IMG/VR virus record: IMGVR_UViG_3300046170_000408
Reading direction: 5' to 3' (one strand)
DNA: 64,000 bases
Origin: an uncultured virus (IMG/VR IMGVR_UViG_3300046170_000408)
Lineage: Duplodnaviria > Heunggongvirae > Uroviricota > Caudoviricetes
A program made the position numbers and the translations under genes. The notes under the pieces were generated by a model. That model saw only the letters and a list, made by a program, of their open reading frames with translations. It had not been told where the DNA came from and did no database searches. Shown in pieces: positions 9,038-16,560 of the stretch (the stretch's first letter is position 1; each line of letters begins with the position of its first letter).

Positions 9038-9163
9038 TTAATAATTGTGTTTTGTTTCTGGGCAACAGTCTACTCGATTACACTCTTTACAAATCCAATA
9101 ACTATTTCCTTGTGCTGTCATAACCTGCATTGGTATTTCGCATTTCTTACAATACTTATCCAT
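9038..9163 (-). CDS. 41-aa zinc-ribbon microprotein
   Basis: MDKYCKKCEIPM...YWICKECNRV; start overlaps the mgsA stop. Confidence 0.55.
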   Translation of the reverse strand: MDKYCKKCEIPMQVMTAQGNSYWICKECNRVDCCPETKHNY

Positions 9164-9552
9164 TAAGTATGTATCGACCTCAGGTATTTATACCATTTGA
9201 TCAAATGCGAAGCTGTTTTATAGTTTGTTGCTAGTGGTACATTATGGACATCACATAGCCTCATTAACATAGAAATATCTACATCATGTGCATGTTTACC
9301 TAGTGGATCTCTCATAAAAATAACCAGATCGATTTCACCTCTAGTTACCATTGCTGCAATTTCTGCATCTCCACCTAATGGCCCACTCTGTACTGGTTCT
9401 ACTTTCTTAATACCAGCTTTTTTACAATGAGAGCCAGTTGTACCCGTGGCTACAATGTGAATATCTTCCTCATTAAAGAAGGCCAATCTCTTTGATACGA
9501 AAGCAACCATATCTGCTTTCTTGTTGTCATGCGCTATTAGAGCGATTTTCAT
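9163..9552 (-). CDS. mgsA: methylglyoxal synthase
   Basis: IALIAHDNKK, ATGTTG, SGPLGGDAEI, HDVDISMLMRLCDVHNVPLATN. Confidence 0.95.
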   Translation of the reverse strand: MKIALIAHDNKKADMVAFVSKRLAFFNEEDIHIVATGTTGSHCKKAGIKKVEPVQSGPLGGDAEIAAMVTRGEIDLVIFMRDPLGKHAHDVDISMLMRLCDVHNVPLATNYKTASHLIKWYKYLRSIHT

Positions 9553-9567
9553 AAATATCTATTTTAG

Positions 9568-9642
9568 TCGGGGTGGCAGGATTCGAACCTGCGGCCTCCA
9601 CGTCCCAAACGTGGCGCGATAACCGGGCTACGCTACACCCCG
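9568..9642 (-). tRNA. tRNA-Pro (UGG)
   Basis: Cloverleaf CGGGGTG...CCACG TT TGG GA CGTGG...GGTTCGAATCC...CACCCCG-A; no encoded CCA. Confidence 0.95.
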
Positions 9643-10044
9643 TTCGTGTAACTCTTTTTTCTTTTGAGGAAGATCTCCCTCTTCGATTTGCCTTAATAAA
9701 TAAAGAGAATTGCTAGTTCTAAATAACCAGTAATTCTCTCTTGATTCTATAATTTCTTGAACTGCTGTTGTCTGCCATGTAAAAAAATCATTGAATGGCG
9801 ACATCAGAAGACTTAACCCCTCTTTTGGGAATTTATGTCTTTTTTTATACGTGCGATCGTCACTAAACTCTAACCAAGTAACCTTTGCTGATATTTTTTG
9901 AAAGCCAGGTTCTTCTGGTTTTGTCAATATCCACTTAGGTTCACCTTCAGTCAGGCCAATTAATTCAGCCTGATTTCGATCAATCTTAAATTTACCATCT
10001 TCATCATAACCTAAGATGAGTTTGGGTTGACATCCGCCTATCAT
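9628..10044 (-). CDS. hypothetical protein
   Basis: 138-aa ORF downstream of a middle-type promoter; end overlaps the tRNA-Pro 5' end. Confidence 0.65.
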   Translation of the reverse strand: MIGGCQPKLILGYDEDGKFKIDRNQAELIGLTEGEPKWILTKPEEPGFQKISAKVTWLEFSDDRTYKKRHKFPKEGLSLLMSPFNDFFTWQTTAVQEIIESRENYWLFRTSNSLYLLRQIEEGDLPQKKKELHERGVA

Positions 10045-10074
10045 TTATGCATTACTTTATGTAATATTTATGTG

Positions 10075-10102
10075 TTATAGATAAAATCTGTGAATAGTTT
10101 CA
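10075..10102 (-). promoter_or_regulatory. middle-type promoter (TGAAAC-N17-TATAAC)
   Basis: Recurrent motif. Confidence 0.7.
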
Positions 10103-10105
10103 CGG

Positions 10106-10182
10106 TAGTCAAGGAGAGACTTGAACTCTCATGTAACCAATTACTCTTTCGACAAGGTATAAGCTTGAGGAGATACTTGACT
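10106..10182 (-). ncRNA. atypical tRNA-like RNA with a UAU anticodon-like loop and no canonical D-arm
   Basis: Acceptor AGTCAAG/CTTGACT, T-arm GAGAG-TTCAAGT-CTCTC, hairpin CAAG-CTTATAC-CTTG, extra hairpin GTAA-TTGG-TTAC. Confidence 0.7.
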
Positions 10183-10202
10183 ATAACATTTACTTATGAA
10201 TT

Positions 10203-10277
10203 CTCCACTTGGACTCTCCTTTCGGTTGTAGGCGTGAGATTTGACGCCTCGTTGTTCGGCTTTCGCCTATCCAAGAG
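10203..10277 (-). ncRNA. putative four-way-junction structured RNA
   Basis: Closing stem CTTGGA/TCCAAG enclosing GGC-GAAA-GCC, AGGCGT-CAAATCTC-ACGCCT and CC-GAAA-GG. Confidence 0.6.
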
Positions 10278-10278
10278 C

Positions 10279-10394
10279 TGGGGAGTAGGGGACTCGAACC
10301 CCTACTTCTGCCTAACCAACTTAATCACATCGCGTAACTAGTATGATGCTTTCAGTCTTAAGGTTGGAGCGTCGTACCGTTTGACTAACTCCCC
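10279..10394 (-). ncRNA. 116-nt tRNA-like RNA with an expanded anticodon arm
   Basis: Acceptor GGGGAGT/ACTCCCC, D-arm GTC..GG..GAC, T-arm AGGGG-TTCGAGT-CCCCT; CCAAC...GTTGG encloses ~40 nt. Confidence 0.7.
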
Positions 10395-10403
10395 GTGTTT
10401 TAG

Positions 10404-10477
10404 TGAACCAGACAGGATTCGAACCTGTGACCGTCTGCTTAGAAGGCAGATGCTCTATCCAGCTGAGCTACTGGTCC
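10404..10477 (-). tRNA. tRNA-Arg (UCU)
   Basis: Canonical cloverleaf, TCTGC CT TCT AA GCAGA. Confidence 0.96.
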
Positions 10478-10488
10478 ATATTGTTTAG

Positions 10489-10574
10489 TACCCGAGGACG
10501 GGCTCGAACCGTCACGGACATTACTGTCCAAGGGATTTTAAGTCCCTCGTGTCTACCAATTCCACCACTCGGGC
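10489..10574 (-). tRNA. tRNA-Leu (UAA)
   Basis: Cloverleaf with long variable arm, AGGGA CT TAA AA TCCCT. Confidence 0.96.
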
Positions 10575-10620
10575 ATTTGGTACTAAATCTAGATGTCAAA
10601 GAGCCTTGTTGTTAATTACA

Positions 10621-10655
10621 GTACTAATATACGAAATTAATCTGACAATAAAAAA
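10621..10655 (-). promoter_or_regulatory. early-type promoter (TGTCA...TTCGTATATTAGTAC) upstream of the tRNA cluster
   Basis: One of four near-identical copies; TATATT(A/T)G resembles the Bacteroidota -7 element TAnnTTTG. Confidence 0.75.
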
Positions 10656-10666
10656 TCTGAGGGCAA

Positions 10667-10816
10667 CTAATTTGTTAAATTGTTAAAGTTTTCTGCTTTG
10701 TAGTTCTTGATGCATTCTTCTTCCATCAACTCTACCATTTTAGAGTAAGAGATTTCTTCTCTGCTGAGTTTCCATTCCAACTCTCTTACAAATCCTTGCT
10801 TTAAGTATTTAGCCAT
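10667..10816 (-). CDS. 49-aa paralog of the N-terminus of ORF 10809-11258
   Basis: MAKYLKQGFVRELEWKLSREEISYSKMVELMEEECIKNYKAENFNNLTN. Confidence 0.65.
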   Translation of the reverse strand: MAKYLKQGFVRELEWKLSREEISYSKMVELMEEECIKNYKAENFNNLTN

Positions 10817-11259
10817 TGTCTTTGGTGTTAAAGGTTATTGGTTTCAAGTGGGTAAAACCCAACTCCTCATTCAAATCTATATTATATGCTTCCATCTTCC
10901 TAAACATCACCTCAGATAGTGTTTCACCATCTAACAATAAACTATCTTTATCATATAGCTTTAGACTATCTAATATAGATAACATACAGGAAGCCATATT
11001 GTGTACTTTGTCTTTGCTCATCTCTCTTTTGGTGTTAAAGGTATCTAATATATCTTTAATTACGTCTAATTTACCAGTTACGTAATCGTCTTGACCCATT
11101 AAAGACATTAAGTTTAATCTATACTCTTTCAACCATTCCATGTAGTTCTTGATGCATTCTTCTTCCATCAACTCTACCATTTTAGAGTAAGAGATTTCTT
11201 CTCTGTTGAGTTGCCATTCCAACTCTCTTACAAATCCTTGCTTTAAGTATTTAGCCATT
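10699..11259. repeat. ~119-bp direct repeat (10699-10817 and 11141-11259)
   Basis: Two copies differing at only two positions I could see. Confidence 0.9.
10809..11258 (-). CDS. hypothetical protein(s); probably two ORFs fused by a +1 indel at ~11028
   Basis: Internal and terminal TFNTK motifs; removing one A gives TFNTKER* overlapping a new ATG (MSKDKVHN, 11021). Confidence 0.55.
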   Translation of the reverse strand: MAKYLKQGFVRELEWQLNREEISYSKMVELMEEECIKNYMEWLKEYRLNLMSLMGQDDYVTGKLDVIKDILDTFNTKREMSKDKVHNMASCMLSILDSLKLYDKDSLLLDGETLSEVMFRKMEAYNIDLNEELGFTHLKPITFNTKDNG

Positions 11260-11260
11260 A

Positions 11261-12304
11261 TTATGAAATTAAGTGAGGTTTGGCTTCAGCTAGTCCTGCA
11301 TTTGTAACTACATTATATTCTGCTTGATTAAAATATTCAAGTAGATCATTAGCTCCAGCGTATGAGAATGCTGATTTGATTCCATCGGTTAGTCCATTGA
11401 TAATAAACCTAGCGCCACCTTTAAATGGAATTGTAGTAGACTCGCCTTCAACATTACGTTGCTTTTGAGCGTGTGTAATTTTAGTCTCTAAAGATGCAGA
11501 ACCGCGGTAGCGTTTGAAAAGACCTGCTGGAGTTTCTAGGATTGCACCTGGAGATTCTTTTGTACCTGCTAGTAGAGAACCGACCATAACACAGTCGGCT
11601 CCTACTGCAAGTGCTTTTGCAATATCACCTGAGGACTTAATTCCCCCATCAGCCATGATGGGAACTCCGGCTCCGTCAGCTACTTTAAATACATCCTCGA
11701 TTGAAGTAACGTTTGGTACACCAAAGCCTGTTTTTACTCTTGTGGTACATAGCGATCCTCCGCCAATACCAACTCTAAGTCCGTCTGCACCCCACGTGAT
11801 AAGATCTTCGGCTGCATCGGCTGTTGCGATGTTTCCTGCAATTACGTCAGTAACATCTTCTTGCAAATTTTCTTTTAGCATGCTAATAGCAATTTCCATA
11901 TTCTCGTGATGACCATGTGCAACATCAATCAAAATAATGTTACATCCTGCTTCTTCAAGTTCAATTGCTCTTTCAAGATAGTCTCCTACCACACCAACGG
12001 CTGCCATAACAGGCAAGTGTGCCATTGACACATCAGTTTCTCTAAATGCAACTAGTTTTTTAACTTGAGCCACCTGTTCTTCAATAGACATAAAGCGGTG
12101 AATGCAACCAACTCCACCCATTTCCATTAGTGTTGCTGCCATTTCATATTCCGTCACAGTGTCCATACATGAACCTACAAGTGGAATATTGATTGACCAG
12201 TTTCTACTAACATTAACTGCCAATGAAATATTCTGGCGTGTTGGAATGTCAGAAAAATTAGGGATGAGCTGAATGTCATCGTACGTTAGTGCTTGCTTTC
12301 GCAT
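11261..12304 (-). CDS. guaB: IMP dehydrogenase / GMP reductase family, CBS-less
   Basis: ALTYDD, MDTVTE, IDVAHGH, RVGIGGGSLCTTR, ADGGI, EGES. Confidence 0.88.
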   Translation of the reverse strand: MRKQALTYDDIQLIPNFSDIPTRQNISLAVNVSRNWSINIPLVGSCMDTVTEYEMAATLMEMGGVGCIHRFMSIEEQVAQVKKLVAFRETDVSMAHLPVMAAVGVVGDYLERAIELEEAGCNIILIDVAHGHHENMEIAISMLKENLQEDVTDVIAGNIATADAAEDLITWGADGLRVGIGGGSLCTTRVKTGFGVPNVTSIEDVFKVADGAGVPIMADGGIKSSGDIAKALAVGADCVMVGSLLAGTKESPGAILETPAGLFKRYRGSASLETKITHAQKQRNVEGESTTIPFKGGARFIINGLTDGIKSAFSYAGANDLLEYFNQAEYNVVTNAGLAEAKPHLIS

Positions 12305-12338
12305 TTTGTTTTTAATTTAAAAGGTAAGAATTTGATAG

Positions 12339-12367
12339 TTATACTATGACTATCTGTGTTTGTTTCT
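12339..12367 (-). promoter_or_regulatory. middle-type promoter (GAAAC-N18-TATAAC)
   Basis: Recurrent motif. Confidence 0.65.
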
Positions 12368-12963
12368 TAAACTTTGCCAGCAATTATAGCTTTTCCTCTA
12401 CGAATTCTATTTTTGATGGTCTGAAGAGGTAGGTCATACTTCTTAGCAATGTCTTCATATTTCATATTGTTAAGTAGTCTATCTTCTAGAATACCTTTGT
12501 ACATTGGCTTAAGAGTTTCGATACCTTTTAGAGCAGCTTCATATCTATTCATTAGGTCATCATCTTCATCGATCCAATCTTGTTCAGATTTGTATTCCAT
12601 TTCAACAAGTAAATCTTTTGCAGAAGTTCTAGCATAATACCTAGATACTTCTATTCCACTATCTTGAAGTGCATCGATAGATCTCTTTCTATTTCTTTGA
12701 CGTATCCATCCAAGACATTCATTGAATGCAATTCTATAAAGCCATGTTGTAATTTGATATTGTGGATCGTATTGATCTGCTTTAGTCCACAATTTAGTAA
12801 GTGTATTAGTGACAATATCATCTTTAGCCTCATTGTCTTTAACTACGTTAAATACGTAATTTTCTAGGCCTGGTTTAATTTTTTCATAAAGGACTTTGTA
12901 GTCTTTTTCTGATCTGGTTGTAATAAAATTTTCTGCTAGTTCTCTGTAGGATATTTTTGACAT
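12367..12963 (-). CDS. RNA polymerase sigma-70 factor, ECF-like
   Basis: Region 2 AKDDIVTNTLTKLW...TTWLYRIAFN; region 4 MKYEDIAKKYDLPLQTIKNRIRRGK. Confidence 0.92.
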   Translation of the reverse strand: MSKISYRELAENFITTRSEKDYKVLYEKIKPGLENYVFNVVKDNEAKDDIVTNTLTKLWTKADQYDPQYQITTWLYRIAFNECLGWIRQRNRKRSIDALQDSGIEVSRYYARTSAKDLLVEMEYKSEQDWIDEDDDLMNRYEAALKGIETLKPMYKGILEDRLLNNMKYEDIAKKYDLPLQTIKNRIRRGKAIIAGKV

Positions 12964-12998
12964 ATATGCTTTTTTTTAGGTTAAACTTCTTAATAACT

Positions 12999-13032
12999 GT
13001 ACTAATATACGAAAAATAATTGACATAAAAAA
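12999..13032 (-). promoter_or_regulatory. early-type promoter upstream of the sigma factor
   Basis: TTTTTTATGTCA-ATTATTT-TTCGTATATTAGTAC. Confidence 0.75.
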
Positions 13033-13098
13033 GTATTTCGGCAATTATTTTGTCTCTCAATAGTATAATTACATACTTTTTGAGAAACTTACATATTT

Positions 13099-13215
13099 TT
13101 AGTTAAAATCTTCATAAATTTCCATTACTTTAGCTTTTTCGCTTGGAGTTAAATTCCATATTGATTTTTCTGGAAATAATTTGTTTGCTATCATTATTAA
13201 TTGTGTACTACTCAT
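13099..13215 (-). CDS. 38-aa early microprotein
   Basis: MSSTQLIMIANKLFPEKSIWNLTPSEKAKVMEIYEDFN directly after an early promoter. Confidence 0.55.
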   Translation of the reverse strand: MSSTQLIMIANKLFPEKSIWNLTPSEKAKVMEIYEDFN

Positions 13216-13236
13216 AAGTTCTAAGTTTTAATTACA

Positions 13237-13270
13237 GTACAAATATACGAAAAAAAACTGACATAAAAAA
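13237..13270 (-). promoter_or_regulatory. early-type promoter
   Basis: TTTTTTATGTCAG-TTTTTT-TTCGTATATTTGTAC (exact TAnnTTTG). Confidence 0.75.
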
Positions 13271-13308
13271 ATTCTATGGCAGTTATTTTGTAAAAGTTAT
13301 TAACAATT

Positions 13309-13827
13309 TTAGAAATCTTTGAAAATATCTACAACTTTGTGTAGTTCTTGAGGTTTATGACTCCACAAATCAGTAGATGCATTAATAATTCTTTTCTTAG
13401 GATCTGATTTGAATTGCTTAGCTGGATAACCAATAATAGAAAACCATTTCTTAGTTTTACCTGGCCAAGCTCCTAGTGGATAATAAGAAAGTGAAACTTG
13501 ATTTTTTGTATCTGTTTCAATACATTTAATAATCTCACATCCAGGTCTAAACATTTTCTTTGAATCTAAATGTTCTATCGCCTGGTCATGTTCACCTAAA
13601 CAGAATTTAATATTACCGTTTAATCGAAGCATCGCATCTTGTGCAGTTTTAGGGTCCCATGCAAAATTACCTAAATAATAGACAGTATCTTCTCTTGTTA
13701 CGACTTCATTCCAGTTTGCAATTAGCTTATCTGTCATTTCATCAACATTAGCAAAGTCTCTTTTATACTTCTTAATTGCACCGGGTCTACCTAATTGTAG
13801 ATTTGATGTTACGAATATTTTACCCAT
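13309..13827 (-). CDS. calcineurin-like metallophosphoesterase homolog with degenerate metal ligands
   Basis: Scaffold IFVTS..., NVDEMTDKLIANWNEVV...DTVYYLG, but the motifs read NxQ, GN, GEHD, YYP, GYP. Confidence 0.8.
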   Translation of the reverse strand: MGKIFVTSNLQLGRPGAIKKYKRDFANVDEMTDKLIANWNEVVTREDTVYYLGNFAWDPKTAQDAMLRLNGNIKFCLGEHDQAIEHLDSKKMFRPGCEIIKCIETDTKNQVSLSYYPLGAWPGKTKKWFSIIGYPAKQFKSDPKKRIINASTDLWSHKPQELHKVVDIFKDF

Positions 13828-14369
13828 TAGGCTACTATAAATTTTATATTGTAATTATCCCAAAGCTCGTTACAAACTGCCTGTTCGTTTACACCACCCT
13901 GTGCATTTTGAATTCTCTTATCGTCTGATATATCTACAAAAAGATAGAGTACAAAATCATAATGAGTTGCATAAATTAAAGACTGTCCAATACCAGCTCT
14001 AAGGTCTGAACCTCTTTTTCCTTTCTTGAATTCAATAGCAATTTTAATACCATTCATTTCAACTACCATGTCGGGTCTATTTCTAGTTCCCATAAAAAGG
14101 ATATGATTAACAGTAGTGTTAACATCACCTTCCCATTTAACAGAAGACTTTACTATTTCTTTTGCCTTCTCTTTATCATCCTCACCTTCAGAGACTAAAT
14201 AATTTGTTAAGTCTCTGACAAGGTGTGGGTAAATAAATTGTTTGATCTGATCTTCTGACTTTTTCTTATAGTTCAGGGTTCCGAATATATCTTCATGTGT
14301 GATAGACTCAGAAATAAGATCTAAAAATTCTACTCTCTTCGAGGATTTACTTGCTTGTTTCATGTGCAA
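13827..14369 (-). CDS. PD-(D/E)XK nuclease-fold protein
   Basis: RPDMVVE...IAIEFK...GIGQSLIY (QxxxY). Confidence 0.7.
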   Translation of the reverse strand: MHMKQASKSSKRVEFLDLISESITHEDIFGTLNYKKKSEDQIKQFIYPHLVRDLTNYLVSEGEDDKEKAKEIVKSSVKWEGDVNTTVNHILFMGTRNRPDMVVEMNGIKIAIEFKKGKRGSDLRAGIGQSLIYATHYDFVLYLFVDISDDKRIQNAQGGVNEQAVCNELWDNYNIKFIVA

Positions 14370-14856
14370 CTGGTTCTACTTCAGCTTCAACATCTTCAGC
14401 ACCTTGAATCTGAGCTTCTACTTCTGCAATTTCTTTATGAAGATCTGCAATTTCTTGATTCAATGCTGCTAGTTGTTGCATAGCATTAGATACAGTTTCA
14501 CCAACATGAGTTAACATGGTAATAAACTTTCTTGCGCTTTCAATACCAGTGCCTTCTACATTTAGTAGTGCTTGATAAAGAGCGTTTAGTTCATGTCCTC
14601 TTAGACTGATGATAGTATCTTCGCTATCTGAATTTAATAATGCTTTATTTTGCGATTTAAGTTGATCGTAAAGAGTAACTACCACAGCGGCATTATTAGT
14701 TTTCCACGTATATCCCTTGTTTAAGTGGTCCATTAATACTTTAACCATCTTTCTATCATCAAATACAATGTCGAAAGTTTTTTCAGCAGCATCAATTTGT
14801 GCTTGGTCTACCTTTTTGGTAAGTTCTTCTTTTTGTTTTGTAAGAGTCTTGCTCAT
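14347..14856 (-). CDS. hypothetical coiled-coil protein
   Basis: 169-aa ORF in operon. Confidence 0.7.
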   Translation of the reverse strand: MSKTLTKQKEELTKKVDQAQIDAAEKTFDIVFDDRKMVKVLMDHLNKGYTWKTNNAAVVVTLYDQLKSQNKALLNSDSEDTIISLRGHELNALYQALLNVEGTGIESARKFITMLTHVGETVSNAMQQLAALNQEIADLHKEIAEVEAQIQGAEDVEAEVEPVAHETSK

Positions 14857-14897
14857 TTTATTAATTAATTTAGTGATATAATTTATATATTGTTATT

Positions 14898-15371
14898 TTA
14901 AAAGTCTTCATTTTTGACTCTTAAGTCAAAATCCCTGAAGTTTTTAAACTGGTCATCATCAGTATTCATCCTTCTAACGATAGAGTCATTTAGATCGTTT
15001 CTATATTCTAACCTTTCAACTCTAGAGATTCTAGGTGGATCTAAATATATTACCATACATTGGTCTCTATACTCTTTTGGTAAAACATCTAAGCCGTCTT
15101 TTGACATTATCATTACATCGGCAAGATCGAAATCTTTCTTTGTTTGACCATAATACCAACCATTGAATTCCATATACTCTACGAAGTCTCCACAAGAAAT
15201 CATATCTTCAAATTCTTGTTTATCAACAAAGTGATAGTCTTTATGATTCACTTCATTCTCTCTAGGAGGTCTAGTAGTGTGGCTAACACCGCTTACAAAT
15301 CCTTTCTTAGCTAGTCTATTCTTTAAAAAATCTTTGCCTGCGGCTGCTTTACCTACTAGTATTAACTTCAT
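14898..15371 (-). CDS. gmk: guanylate kinase-like nucleotide kinase
   Basis: GKAAAGKD P-loop, VSHTTRPPRENE, DYHFV, YYG. Confidence 0.88.
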   Translation of the reverse strand: MKLILVGKAAAGKDFLKNRLAKKGFVSGVSHTTRPPRENEVNHKDYHFVDKQEFEDMISCGDFVEYMEFNGWYYGQTKKDFDLADVMIMSKDGLDVLPKEYRDQCMVIYLDPPRISRVERLEYRNDLNDSIVRRMNTDDDQFKNFRDFDLRVKNEDF

Positions 15372-15376
15372 AGTTC

Positions 15377-15625
15377 TTATACTGATTCTTTAGTTTTTGT
15401 TTTATTCTTCTTAGTTCTTTTTCTTTTATCAGGAACTGTACTAGGAGTCCTACTAAAATTACCCATGCCGTCGTAATCCATATTATCAGGCTGGCCATGT
15501 CTAGCATAGTAATCTGGATAGTTCTCTTCTCTATTTCTTTTAGAATTATGAAATATATTCCAAATTAAGAAATACAAGTAAGCTGCAAAAATAATACCAC
15601 CTACAAGGAACATTACCGGATTCAT
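15377..15625 (-). CDS. small membrane protein
   Basis: N-terminal transmembrane helix. Confidence 0.6.
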   Translation of the reverse strand: MNPVMFLVGGIIFAAYLYFLIWNIFHNSKRNREENYPDYYARHGQPDNMDYDGMGNFSRTPSTVPDKRKRTKKNKTKTKESV

Positions 15626-15819
15626 AATTTTCTATTTTTACTATTGTTTTGAATTTGATTTGCAGCGATTGCAAATAGAAGAATAGTACCTGGCCAATGT
15701 GCAGAATATTGTGCTTCTGCAAAACTACCTGTTAAACCCAGTCCTACTGAGTAAAGCAAACAGCCGAATGCAAAGATAACTGCATACCATTCGAATAAAA
15801 TATTTTTAAGCTTTTTCAT
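15622..15819 (-). CDS. small membrane protein
   Basis: Two hydrophobic segments. Confidence 0.6.
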   Translation of the reverse strand: MKKLKNILFEWYAVIFAFGCLLYSVGLGLTGSFAEAQYSAHWPGTILLFAIAANQIQNNSKNRKL

Positions 15820-15940
15820 ATTTGTTTTTTATTGATTTAATAACTAATGAAGCTATGAGTGCCATAGCCGTGATGTTAATTGCATTAGGATGCCAGTGTT
15901 CTCCACAGAAACCCATTATGTGATAAATAAAATCTGTCAT
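15806..15940 (-). CDS. 44-aa membrane microprotein
   Basis: MTDFIYHIMGFCGEHWHPNAINITAMALIASLVIKSIKNKYEKA; ATGA overlap with the upstream gene. Confidence 0.55.
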   Translation of the reverse strand: MTDFIYHIMGFCGEHWHPNAINITAMALIASLVIKSIKNKYEKA

Positions 15941-16557
15941 TTTTGTTTAATTTGATGCTTCTTTAAGTCTTTTACCACGTCTTTGCGAACTGTTTCTAAA
16001 TACTTCTTTCTCTTTGCTGTAGAAACAAATGGCACTGACCAGAATTGTTTAGTCTTAGTCCATAAACTTGCTCTCCAACCGAAGACAAATGTAAATACTC
16101 CCATTACTAATCTAAGTTTAGGAGAGTTCAAATAAAGCGTTCTAACGGGCAGTGCAGGTGCGCCATGTGTTATATAGGTTCTTACCTTTTTGTCGTTTAG
16201 AAACGGTCTGGGATATGCGTACGGACCTATAACTGGTACAAATTGGTATGCATAGCCTGGAGTTAGTACTTCATCAAAGAAGATCTCCATTCTTGGTGTT
16301 AATCTAAACCACCATACTGGTGAAACAAAGTAAATACGATCTGCCCATTTAACAAGTTCTTTATACTTATCAATTAAATCTGTTCTAGGCCTAGCAAAAC
16401 TGTCTCTGTATAAATCGATAACTTCAATTTCATTCAGATAACCGCCCTCTTCTAATAGAGTTTTCTTAATCGTCTTAAATATGCCGTTGTAACAGAATGA
16501 TTTCTCATCTGGGTGTCCAACGACTATTAAGTTTTGCATTCTTTCTTTCTTTTTCAT
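15937..16557 (-). CDS. flavodoxin-fold NAD(P)H dehydrogenase (quinone)
   Basis: GHPDEKSFC, IDLY, ADRIYFVSPVWW, FFDEVLTPGYAY. Confidence 0.88.
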   Translation of the reverse strand: MKKKERMQNLIVVGHPDEKSFCYNGIFKTIKKTLLEEGGYLNEIEVIDLYRDSFARPRTDLIDKYKELVKWADRIYFVSPVWWFRLTPRMEIFFDEVLTPGYAYQFVPVIGPYAYPRPFLNDKKVRTYITHGAPALPVRTLYLNSPKLRLVMGVFTFVFGWRASLWTKTKQFWSVPFVSTAKRKKYLETVRKDVVKDLKKHQIKQK

Positions 16558-16560
16558 TTT

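Noticed and set aside
10279..10394. tmRNA
   Set aside because: Too short, has a D-stem, no tag reading frame and no G3-U70 pair
10090..10615. Plus-strand ORFs 10090-10341 and 10403-10615
   Set aside because: Antisense to tRNA and tRNA-like genes
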